Origin: Candidatus Poseidoniaceae archaeon
Lineage (GTDB): Archaea > Thermoplasmatota > Poseidoniia > Poseidoniales > Poseidoniaceae
DNA length: 64,000 bases
Reading direction: 5' to 3'
Assembly: GCA_028353405.1 (NCBI GenBank)
Contig: JAOMOG010000005.1
Location: 13,763 to 77,762 of the forward strand
Position 1 is the first letter of the stretch. Each line of letters opens with the position of its first letter. The notes under the pieces were generated by a model, which saw only the letters and a list, made by a program, of their open reading frames with translations, ran no database searches and was not told where the DNA came from. The translations under genes were made by a program, and so were the position numbers. Below are positions 19,142-27,889 of this stretch, one piece after another.

Positions 19142-22100
19142 ATGGCTGTAATCCGCGTAGAAGTCACACCAAAACAAGGCGAAGGGATGCGCGATGTACG
19201 CGGAGACTCACTTCGTAGGCAATTACTTTCAGACCATGCAGTTAGTGCAACAGAGGTTCGTAGCATAGTTGGATTTCTCATCAAATCAGATATTTCAGAA
19301 GAGGAAATAGCAAAACGTTCAGACGACTTATTTACCGACCCGATCATTGAAACAGGATTTACTAATACACTTGCAATGAGCAACTCGGATATTTTCCCTA
19401 CTGCACCAGATTGTGTAATCACTATTGGATTCAAACCCGGCGTTACCGACAATCCAGGCAAAGCAGCACTCGATGGCTTCCACACAATTTTTCCACAAGC
19501 AACCGATGCTGAAATTTCAACCTATATCACCTATGCATTCTATGGATTGCCAAGCGATTGCGATGGACAATGGCTAGCGGGAACGATTTACAATGGTCTG
19601 ATTCAAAGAGCCCTTGTTTCTGATTCAGTAGCATGCGCCGCTGGTACTTGGCCAGAGATTGAATTTCCAGAAAGGCCACCACAAGTTTTCACTACACCGG
19701 AAACAATCAATCTTGAAATCAGTGATGCAGAATTAGAAGAATTATCTTATTCAGGACTACTCGCATTAAATCTAGAAGAGATGCAAACCATTCAAGGACA
19801 TTACCGGGACGAAGAAACCCGCAATCTTAGAGAAGCGATAGGAATTTCACCCGATGCGCCAACAGACGTTGAGCTGGAATGTTTAGCACAAACCTGGTCT
19901 GAGCATTGTAAGCACAAGATTTTCGCGTCAAAAATACACCACGTTGATACGGAAACTGGAGAGGACACCACCATTGATTCAATCTTCAAAACCCACATTA
20001 TGGATCCAACACACGACATGCAGAAGGATGTTGATTGGTTACTTTCAGTATTCCACGACAACTCTGGAGTAATCGCGTGGGATGATGATTGGTCTATTTG
20101 TATGAAGGCAGAAACCCACAATTCACCAAGTGCATTAGACCCCTATGGCGGCGCTATGACAGGTATTGTTGGAGTCAACCGCGACATTCTTGGAACTGGA
20201 TTGGGAGCAAGACCAATCGCTAATACTGACGTTTTCTGTTTCGGACCACCAGACTGGGAGGGAGACTTACCAGACAATCTATTCCATCCATCTAGGGTTT
20301 TACGCGGAGTCCACGCTGGAGTTAGAGTTGGAGGAAATGAATCTGGAATACCAACAGTTAACGGCGCTATAGTTTTCGATGACAGATATATCGGAAAACC
20401 ATTGGTTTACTGTGGTACAATAGGAATAATGCCGCGCCGTTTAGCAGATGGAAGAGAATCACACATCAAGACTCCAACATCAGGAGATATGGTCTACATG
20501 GTTGGAGGCCGAGTTGGCTATGATGGAATACATGGGGCAACCTTTTCTTCACTAGAATTAACCGAAGAATCTCCTTCTTCAGCAGTTCAGATAGGCGATC
20601 CGATTACTCAGAAGAAAATGATTGATATGATTCTTGAAGCGCGAGATAGCGGATTGATTACCTGCATTACAGATAATGGGGCAGGTGGCCTTTCATCCTC
20701 TATTGGTGAGATGGCAGAATATACAAATGGTTGTGAAATTGATTTAGCAAAGGTACCTCTGAAGCAAGCCGGACTTTCAGCTTGGGAAATTCTAGTTTCA
20801 GAAAGTCAAGAGCGAATGACTGTTGCAGTAAAGGAAGAAGACCGTGCAGCATTTGATGCACTGGCTGCACTGCACGAAGTGGAAGCAACACCAGTTGCAA
20901 CATTTACTTCAACAGGAATTTTCCATGTCAAGTATAATGAAATGACTGTAGCATATTTGCCAATTGAATTCCTTCATGATGGCGTTCCACAATTACAATT
21001 AGAATCAGAATGGAAATCTCCACAACTCGAATCATTTAGCGTTCCAGAACATAGTGATCATAACGAACTTTTACTACGAATGTTAGCAAGGCCAAACATC
21101 ACTAGCAAGGAAACTTGGGTTCGCCAATATGACCACGAAGTAATCGCTCAGACAGTCATCAAACCATTTGTTGGTGTTGAAAGAGATGGACCAGGGGACG
21201 CAGGGCTCATCGCTCCAATTCATGGCAATCCACACGGAATAGTTGTCTCTTGTGGAATCGCACCTAGATATTCAGATATCGACGCTGGTGCAATGGCTGC
21301 AGCATCTATTGACGAAGCAGTTCGTAATGCAGTGTGTGTTGGAGTCGATGTTGACAAAATAGCAGGGCTTGATAATTTCTGTTGGCCAGACCCAATAGAA
21401 TCGGCCAAGACACCGGATGGGAGATTCAAACTAGCACAACTGGTTCGAGCAAATCGGGAATTGGAGAGAGTTTGCCGGGCTTATCGATTACCATGTGTTA
21501 GTGGTAAAGATTCAATGAAGAATGATTATGGTAGTGGGGAGGGCAAAATATCAATTCCGCCGACTTTACTATTCTCCTTATTTGGAGACCATCCAGATGT
21601 CAGATACACTGCTACAAGCGACCTTAAAGGCGCCGGAGAGCGCCTATATTTGGTCGGAACTAGCAAGCAAGAACTTGGTGCAAGCGAAATCGCCTTCATG
21701 CTAAAAGAAAGTGGAGAAGCAGGCGGAATTGGTGGCGAAGTACCACAATTACTAGATCCAGAATCACAACTTGATACATATCGCGCTCTATCAAAAACAA
21801 TTCAATCCGGACTGGTTCGCACCGCTCACGATTGTAGTGAAGGTGGAATTGCAGTAGCAGTAGCAGAGATGTGTATTGGTGGTCGATGCGGCGCCAATAT
21901 TGACATTGATGGAACTGGAAGCGGAGACATCTGGGGGAGAATGTGGGGCGAGTCATTAGGCAGAATCGTCATTGGAGTTTCAGCTGGAAACGAAGCTGAC
22001 TTTGTTGAAGCAATGGCCGGACATTCTATCACATTATTAGGAATTTCAACGGTTGGAAACACTCTTAGCATTACTGATGGTTATGATGAATTAGTGGAAT

Positions 22101-22165
22101 TACCAGTAGAACAATTGGTTACTTCTTGGCAAGGAACTCTTGACCTTACAGGAGGTGTTGCTTGA
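19142..22165 (+). CDS. purL: phosphoribosylformylglycinamidine synthase II (PurL) with N-terminal PurS-like extension
   Basis: AETHNSPSALDPYGGA, GVNRDILG, DNGAGGLSS and SESQERM, which are PurL motifs. 1007 aa is ~250 aa longer than a stand-alone small PurL. Confidence 0.9.
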   Translation: MAVIRVEVTPKQGEGMRDVRGDSLRRQLLSDHAVSATEVRSIVGFLIKSDISEEEIAKRSDDLFTDPIIETGFTNTLAMSNSDIFPTAPDCVITIGFKPGVTDNPGKAALDGFHTIFPQATDAEISTYITYAFYGLPSDCDGQWLAGTIYNGLIQRALVSDSVACAAGTWPEIEFPERPPQVFTTPETINLEISDAELEELSYSGLLALNLEEMQTIQGHYRDEETRNLREAIGISPDAPTDVELECLAQTWSEHCKHKIFASKIHHVDTETGEDTTIDSIFKTHIMDPTHDMQKDVDWLLSVFHDNSGVIAWDDDWSICMKAETHNSPSALDPYGGAMTGIVGVNRDILGTGLGARPIANTDVFCFGPPDWEGDLPDNLFHPSRVLRGVHAGVRVGGNESGIPTVNGAIVFDDRYIGKPLVYCGTIGIMPRRLADGRESHIKTPTSGDMVYMVGGRVGYDGIHGATFSSLELTEESPSSAVQIGDPITQKKMIDMILEARDSGLITCITDNGAGGLSSSIGEMAEYTNGCEIDLAKVPLKQAGLSAWEILVSESQERMTVAVKEEDRAAFDALAALHEVEATPVATFTSTGIFHVKYNEMTVAYLPIEFLHDGVPQLQLESEWKSPQLESFSVPEHSDHNELLLRMLARPNITSKETWVRQYDHEVIAQTVIKPFVGVERDGPGDAGLIAPIHGNPHGIVVSCGIAPRYSDIDAGAMAAASIDEAVRNAVCVGVDVDKIAGLDNFCWPDPIESAKTPDGRFKLAQLVRANRELERVCRAYRLPCVSGKDSMKNDYGSGEGKISIPPTLLFSLFGDHPDVRYTATSDLKGAGERLYLVGTSKQELGASEIAFMLKESGEAGGIGGEVPQLLDPESQLDTYRALSKTIQSGLVRTAHDCSEGGIAVAVAEMCIGGRCGANIDIDGTGSGDIWGRMWGESLGRIVIGVSAGNEADFVEAMAGHSITLLGISTVGNTLSITDGYDELVELPVEQLVTSWQGTLDLTGGVA

Positions 22166-23025
22166 TGGTAGATACGCCGAAAGTAGCGGTATTGTTTGGT
22201 TTTGGAATCAATTGTGATCACGAGACTAAAGCAGTGTTTGACTTGGTTGGAGGGCAAGCGACAAGAGTGCACGTCAACCATTTCATCAATGGCAATCATT
22301 CTCTAGATGAGTTCCATATTTTAGCAGTTCCAGGTGGGTTTTCTTTTGGAGACCACTTAGGAAGTGGCCGATTATTAGGGAATAGAATGCGCTTTGCACT
22401 ACGTGACCAACTTCACGCATTTGTTGCTGCAGGAAAACCGATAATCGGAATTTGTAATGGATTCCAAGTTCTGGTAAAGACAGGATTGCTACCGGGGCCA
22501 GCAGCAGGACAAGACCCACTTCCAGATTTCGTCCAAAGAGCGAGTCTAACCCTCAATGATTCAGGTCGTTATGAAGACCGTTGGGTTACCTTAGAGTTTG
22601 ATTCTAACAGCCCTTGTATTTGGACTAAGGGAATTACCAGAATCGACTGTCCAGTTAGACATGGTGAAGGTAAATTTGTATTACCAGATAACACAGATTT
22701 TGATATGTTAGCTGCCAATAATCAATTGACAGTAAGATATGTTGACCCTGCAACAGAAAACGGTGAAGGAATTACCGATGAGTTGCTCCCATTCCCATTA
22801 TCTCCTAATGGTAGTATGAGGAACATTGCAGGAGTTTGTGATTCGACAGGATTGGTATTCGGATTAATGCCTCATCCAGAGGCTGTTTATGCTAAGTGGT
22901 TACATCCAGATCATACAAGAGATACAGCCCCAGGCCCAGAATCAAGTGGTGTTTTAGGCGAGTGGGAAGGAGAAGGGTTGCAGATTTTCCGCAATGCTGT
23001 AGATTATGCAAAAGCAAATCTTTGA
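22165..23025 (+). CDS. purQ: phosphoribosylformylglycinamidine synthase I (PurQ glutaminase)
   Basis: GATase-1 nucleophile elbow IIGICNGFQVL and the MPHPE His/Glu motif. TGATG stop/start overlap with purL. Confidence 0.85.
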   Translation: MVDTPKVAVLFGFGINCDHETKAVFDLVGGQATRVHVNHFINGNHSLDEFHILAVPGGFSFGDHLGSGRLLGNRMRFALRDQLHAFVAAGKPIIGICNGFQVLVKTGLLPGPAAGQDPLPDFVQRASLTLNDSGRYEDRWVTLEFDSNSPCIWTKGITRIDCPVRHGEGKFVLPDNTDFDMLAANNQLTVRYVDPATENGEGITDELLPFPLSPNGSMRNIAGVCDSTGLVFGLMPHPEAVYAKWLHPDHTRDTAPGPESSGVLGEWEGEGLQIFRNAVDYAKANL

Positions 23026-23116
23026 AGAGCCAATCTCGAAGAGTTACCGAGCGCCTGAGCAGTGGATACCCATACAACACTTTACAGCACCCTTCAGACG
23101 CTTTCAACATAGAAGG

Positions 23117-23995
23117 TTAGCAAAGTGTTTTCACAAAGAACTCTCTTGCCCGAACTAGAGAATCCGTACGGGCAGCGGCGTTGCCTTCCACATGAGCCCC
23201 CCTATTCCTCAAGATTCGGATAACCCATCGACGTTGCCAGCGTTCATTCAAAGGTAATCGGACACCTGGAAATAATTTCCCAGACATATACCCCCTCTTG
23301 TTTATTCTAACAGTGCGCTTCTTCAAACGAACGGCCCTGGGAAGCAGTGTGAATTCTTTCTCGCTGTCGAAGGAATGGTGCGCTCCTGGATAGGCGTGCA
23401 AGTTAGCATTTGGCAGTTGAGGCATTAAATCTTCAACCAAATGAAGAGGAGTCCAATCATCAGCATCTCCATGAAGAATCAAAATAGGCGAATCCGACCA
23501 ATTTTGGATATCGGGGCGGATATGAGCTGCCGGATAGAACGGAAGGTGGGCATCAAATGGGTCCCCTAGAATCTCGATAATTGGAGACCATGCCGAATAC
23601 AGTGCTACAGTTCCACCAAGACTCCACCCCGAGACCCCAATCTTTCCAATTCTAGGGTCTTTTTCTAACACAGAACGAGTTCTGAAGGCGTCAACGAGCA
23701 TCATTGAATGGGTTACTGAGAGTTGATCGTCAACCGTGGAATCAATCGACCTTGAGGTGAATGAATTGACCTTACAAACCGCAAGCCCAGCATCGAGCCA
23801 ACCATTGACATGGTCTTGATGATGGGATGACCAACCCATGCTTCCGTGAAAGGCAATTATACACCCGAATGGCCCCTCGCCTTCAGGAATAAACAGTTCA
23901 GCCTCAACATTTGTTTCTGGAGTTTTTTCCAAACCAGTCAGTATGTGATGAATCTCAAACGGAGAGCGGGATTGAACTTGTAATCGCTCAACCAT
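23117..23995 (-). CDS. alpha/beta hydrolase (dienelactone hydrolase-like)
   Basis: GVSGWSLGG nucleophile elbow. Downstream ILHGDADDW and GAHHSF fit the Asp/His of the triad. Confidence 0.6.
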   Translation of the reverse strand: MVERLQVQSRSPFEIHHILTGLEKTPETNVEAELFIPEGEGPFGCIIAFHGSMGWSSHHQDHVNGWLDAGLAVCKVNSFTSRSIDSTVDDQLSVTHSMMLVDAFRTRSVLEKDPRIGKIGVSGWSLGGTVALYSAWSPIIEILGDPFDAHLPFYPAAHIRPDIQNWSDSPILILHGDADDWTPLHLVEDLMPQLPNANLHAYPGAHHSFDSEKEFTLLPRAVRLKKRTVRINKRGYMSGKLFPGVRLPLNERWQRRWVIRILRNRGAHVEGNAAARTDSLVRAREFFVKTLC

Positions 23996-24108
23996 GAGAC
24001 TCCGAATACTTACATCACTTCAAATGTGGTTTCATTATCGGGATAATCTACAGTGATTTTCACCTTTAGGTCGGGTTGAGGTGCGTATGAAGCATCCATA
24101 CGATTTAC

Positions 24109-25242
24109 TCAATGGCCATGTTCAAGCAAGCCCGCAGCATCGGCGGAAACCAGCAGAAGTGTCAGGATTGCAACGCCTATTAGAACGTGCATCACCGCTC
24201 TCTTTCCCGTTTCCGGGTTGTGGATGTCAGGTAATGTATCTACTGTTGCAACGTAGAGGAAAGTTCCAGCAGAGAATAGCATAGCCAAACCGATTAAATG
24301 GGACTCTAGATCTGCAAGGGCGTAGTATGCCAATAACATCATTACAGGGGTTGCGAGTGAAAAGATTACAACATCTTTGATAGTATCGTTTCTTTCCTCT
24401 CTCTCATGCATCGAGAAGACACCTAGGCTAAATGCGGCTGGTGCTTTGTGAATCAATACTGCAAGGGCAACCGTCGCAGTCAAGGCAATGCTGCCAGTTG
24501 CAGCAGCGGCACCGATTGCTAAACCATCGGTCGCGGAGTGAAGAGTCAGACCGAGAACCAGCATCCAACCAGAGTTACTGTGGTGAACATGGTCGTGTCC
24601 ATGATCATCACCGTGGTTATGGTGCTCCTCGTGGACAGCATGACCAATTCCCGCACCTTCAAGGACAAACATCATCATGAATCCAGCGAGAACCGCTCCT
24701 CCCAATAGAAGTCCACTAACATGCCCCTCGTGCCCTTCTTCTTCCACATGATTATGGCCAGAGACAGCAACCTCAATCTCTTCTATTGCAGTGGTTGCAT
24801 TAATTTCACCCTCCTCATATTCTTCGATTGTATGTTCTACAGACTCGGAAAGAGGCATGTCCGCTTCTTCGTGATCAGCTTCTTCTTCGTGATTAGCCTC
24901 TTCTTCATGGCTGTCGTGATCATCATGACCTCCAAGAAGACCTTCAATCTCCTCGATTGCTTGCGCATTAGTAATCTCCCCGTGATTAACCTCAAGCAAT
25001 ACTAGAGCGATTGAACCTGCCAAAGCACCATCCTCATCGTGCGCATCTTCTTGGGTTGCAATTTCGTACCCTTCAGGAATTACAATCAGCATTGCAGAGG
25101 CAATAATAATTCCAGATGCTATAGCAGTCATCATTTTCAAGCGGTCTGGGTTTTCTTTCATCTTAGAGAAAACAGGTATCAGTCCAGCGATTAGAGCTAT
25201 AATCAAAGTCAGTGCAACGTAAAGAAATGGTGCTTCGGCCAT
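24109..25242 (-). CDS. ZIP-family divalent metal (Zn/Fe) transporter with long His/Glu-rich loop
   Basis: Multi-TM with LHSATDGLAIGAA and IHKAPAAFSLG (ZIP-like TM4/TM5 metal-site contexts). A ~95-aa His/Asp/Glu-rich loop is present. Start moved to MAEAPFLYV (25242), which also removes the overlap with the divergent regulator gene. Confidence 0.7.
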   Translation of the reverse strand: MAEAPFLYVALTLIIALIAGLIPVFSKMKENPDRLKMMTAIASGIIIASAMLIVIPEGYEIATQEDAHDEDGALAGSIALVLLEVNHGEITNAQAIEEIEGLLGGHDDHDSHEEEANHEEEADHEEADMPLSESVEHTIEEYEEGEINATTAIEEIEVAVSGHNHVEEEGHEGHVSGLLLGGAVLAGFMMMFVLEGAGIGHAVHEEHHNHGDDHGHDHVHHSNSGWMLVLGLTLHSATDGLAIGAAAATGSIALTATVALAVLIHKAPAAFSLGVFSMHEREERNDTIKDVVIFSLATPVMMLLAYYALADLESHLIGLAMLFSAGTFLYVATVDTLPDIHNPETGKRAVMHVLIGVAILTLLLVSADAAGLLEHGH

Positions 25243-25256
25243 GCTACTTCCCCCAC

Positions 25257-25282
25257 TAATAACTATATGAAAACTGTTATTA
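25257..25282. promoter_or_regulatory. candidate operator: perfect 7-bp inverted repeat TAATAAC-N12-GTTATTA
   Basis: Read directly from the sequence. It lies in the 62-bp divergent intergenic region between the ZIP transporter and the NikR-like gene. The region is AT-rich, so a chance match is possible. Confidence 0.3.
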
Positions 25283-25304
25283 ATTTTAACACATACGCGG
25301 TAAC

Positions 25305-25730
25305 ATGAGCCGGATTCTATCATTCAGTACGGACAACGAGTTCGCCGAACAATTAGCACGATTAATCATCGATTCTGGTTATAAAAACCGTAGTATGTTT
25401 TTGCGCGATGCAAGTCTACATTTTGCTGAAGCTAAGCGCAGAGGGGACCTTGAAACAATGGATGATGACACTGTATTAGAAGGCACCATTGTGATCTATT
25501 ACCAACACGGTGTTGAAAACAAACTCATGGAATTGCGTCATTCTCATGAAATTGATGTATTTTCTTTCCACCATAATTGCTTGACGGAGAGCCATTCCTG
25601 CGTTGATACGATGCAGGTTCGAGGTAATGCCAGATCTTTTAGAAAGGCAATTGACAAACTGAATAATACCCAAGATGTCGATAAGGTAGAATTTGTTGCA
25701 GCGCCTATGCGAGAGCACGGTTGCTGCTAA
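25305..25730 (+). CDS. NikR-like ribbon-helix-helix metal-responsive transcriptional regulator
   Basis: N-terminal RHH-like segment (ILSFSTDNEFAEQLARLI). C-terminal ACT-like domain carries His/Cys ligand candidates (HSHEIDVFSFHHNCLTESHSC). 141 aa. Divergent from a metal transporter. Confidence 0.6.
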   Translation: MSRILSFSTDNEFAEQLARLIIDSGYKNRSMFLRDASLHFAEAKRRGDLETMDDDTVLEGTIVIYYQHGVENKLMELRHSHEIDVFSFHHNCLTESHSCVDTMQVRGNARSFRKAIDKLNNTQDVDKVEFVAAPMREHGCC

Positions 25731-25841
25731 ATTTAATCTAAGATTCGAGGCTAATGTTACCTACTGTAAATGGAAATGTTCAGTTTAAATAATTAACAAA
25801 ACATCACAAAGATTGAGAGCGAGGAATACATCCAATTGGAT

Positions 25842-26876
25842 ATGTCGCGCATTTGTGTACTCGGCGGAGGCCTAGTTGGAAGATTTGTGGCTTGCACATT
25901 GTTACAGCGTGGACATGAAATTTGCCTTGTTGATTCAGAACAAATAACTCAATTACCAAGTACGATTGAATTAGTACAAACTATGATTCAACCTGAAAAC
26001 ATTTCTCAAATAGTATCCGGCTTTTCTGTGGTTGTAAATTGCTTACCCGGGCGAATCGGCCATGCAGTTCGCGCACCGCTATTGCGCTGCCCAAATATGC
26101 TTGTAGCAGACTTGGCATTTACCTTAGAAGACCCAAGAGAGTTGAACCAATTAGCAATTGACAACAATTCAACAATGGTTTATGATATTGGAATTGCACC
26201 TGGATTATCGAATGCTCTACTAATGGATGCTCAATGCGATTTCACCTCATTACAAAGCGCTAAAATCTGGGTGGGAGGAAATCCACAACAGAGCGACGAT
26301 GGATGGTCATACATGGCACCTTTTTCGCCATCAGATGTGATTGAGGAATACACCCGCCCAGCGCGAATTAGAAGAGCTGGAGTCAATGTAATTGAGCCGC
26401 CGCTTACCCAACGCCACGCTGTATCAGTACCAGGGTATGGGCAAATGGAAGCCTTCCTAACCGATGGACTTCGCTCACTATTAGATACAATTAACAGCCA
26501 AGAACTTCTAGAATATACTGTTCGTTGGCCAGGACATATCGATCGTTATATTGCAGGTAACTTTTCAGAACAAGAACTGCTCAACGCTTGGAAATTTGAC
26601 GATGATAGACCGGAGTTCACTTGGTTAGCAATCGAGGTTGTAGCCGAACAAGGGAGACGTAGATGGGACATTATTGATGAAGGCGGGGACGGTTGGTCCT
26701 CCATGGCTAGAACGACAGGACTCGTCACCGTTGAAGTAACAGAGATGTTAGCGGAAGGACTGATCTCGCAAAGTGGAGTGATGGCTCCAGAGATTCTCGG
26801 ACAATCAAAACATTTGTTACAGCGGATAACCGATAGAATGAGCAATAGCGGAGTTAAGATAACTCGTAGCGAATAA
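25842..26876 (+). CDS. saccharopine dehydrogenase-like NAD(P)-binding oxidoreductase
   Basis: N-terminal ICVLGGGLVGRF Rossmann motif. ~345 aa with the layout of the Sacchrp_dh family. Moderate confidence only. Confidence 0.55.
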   Translation: MSRICVLGGGLVGRFVACTLLQRGHEICLVDSEQITQLPSTIELVQTMIQPENISQIVSGFSVVVNCLPGRIGHAVRAPLLRCPNMLVADLAFTLEDPRELNQLAIDNNSTMVYDIGIAPGLSNALLMDAQCDFTSLQSAKIWVGGNPQQSDDGWSYMAPFSPSDVIEEYTRPARIRRAGVNVIEPPLTQRHAVSVPGYGQMEAFLTDGLRSLLDTINSQELLEYTVRWPGHIDRYIAGNFSEQELLNAWKFDDDRPEFTWLAIEVVAEQGRRRWDIIDEGGDGWSSMARTTGLVTVEVTEMLAEGLISQSGVMAPEILGQSKHLLQRITDRMSNSGVKITRSE

Positions 26877-26902
26877 TTACTAAGACTCTAGGGGAACATC
26901 CA

Positions 26903-27136
26903 ATGACAAATTCAAAATTTGAAAAGTTACTTGAAAATCCTCTTTTCAAGTCCTTTTTATTCTATTCAATATTTAGGGCGTTTTATGGCACAGCAATCCT
27001 GCTAATTACGTGGCTATTTGCGACAAACACCGAATATCCTCTTTGGACATCAGTAGTATTCTTGTTATTTTCCATGGTATTTTCTAGAATACTATTAAAA
27101 AAATTAAAAAATAAAACGGCTAACAAAGAATTGTAA
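26903..27136 (+). CDS. small 2-TM membrane protein, hypothetical
   Basis: 77-aa ORF with two hydrophobic helices and a basic tail. Confidence 0.3.
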   Translation: MTNSKFEKLLENPLFKSFLFYSIFRAFYGTAILLITWLFATNTEYPLWTSVVFLLFSMVFSRILLKKLKNKTANKEL

Positions 27137-27190
27137 AATAATCACAACTATCAAAATCATATTGATATACAACCGCTTCAAAGGACTACC

Positions 27191-27889
27191 ATGAAACCTA
27201 GCACCCTCTCCTGTCTTAATGGGAATAAATTATTGCTAACCACACTAATCTCTCTTGCGTTGTGCTTGGCTTCACCAGTCGCCACCGCTGAACACGAATG
27301 GGACCACCGCTACACACTAACCGGCATTGTCACCGATGCTAACGGCGAAATTGCAACCGATACACCAGTATTTCTCGACTGCAGCCCTGAAAATGCTAAT
27401 CAAGAAATATGCGGCCATAATGAAGGAAGAAATTCAACTACCGATAATAATGGATCATATTTACTAATTCTCCACATCCACATCACAGATCATGGCGCGG
27501 TAATATATCTCTTAGTTGACAATAAAACCTTCCCTCACGTTCTTGATTTAGAAGGAGATGATGGTCAAGCCGAAGAAGGCGACCGTATGGCTACGATGGA
27601 TATTGCCCTTACACAGGAAGTAAAACAATCAATGCTAAATGAAACTTTAATCATTGGGGGCTCTTTGGTTTTGGTTCTAATTCTAGCAACGATGATGGCT
27701 ATTAATTTTAGGAAATCTGACGCAGGAGCTACAAAAAACAAAAGTTCACAACAAAGAACTGACTTACTAAGTTGTCCAAAATGTGATACGAAATTAAAAG
27801 ATACGAATCTGAAAGATCACTTGAAGAAAAGGCACTTCTATAGTGAATCAGATGCGGAAGAAGAGTTGAAAAATCAAACTCTACCTTGA
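27191..27889 (+). CDS. single-pass membrane protein: secreted CarboxypepD_reg-like domain plus cytoplasmic C2H2-type zinc finger
   Basis: Signal peptide. YTLTGIVTDANGE...TTDNNGSYLL fits the carboxypeptidase-regulatory-like beta-sandwich pattern. TM helix IIGGSLVLVLILATMMAI. Tail carries CPKCDTKLKDTNLKDHLKKRH. Confidence 0.45.
   Translation: MKPSTLSCLNGNKLLLTTLISLALCLASPVATAEHEWDHRYTLTGIVTDANGEIATDTPVFLDCSPENANQEICGHNEGRNSTTDNNGSYLLILHIHITDHGAVIYLLVDNKTFPHVLDLEGDDGQAEEGDRMATMDIALTQEVKQSMLNETLIIGGSLVLVLILATMMAINFRKSDAGATKNKSSQQRTDLLSCPKCDTKLKDTNLKDHLKKRHFYSESDAEEELKNQTLP

Noticed and set aside
19099-19485. 128-aa minus-strand ORF across the purL start
   Set aside because: It is antisense to the strongly supported purL 5' end and has Ser/Pro-rich, non-protein-like composition.
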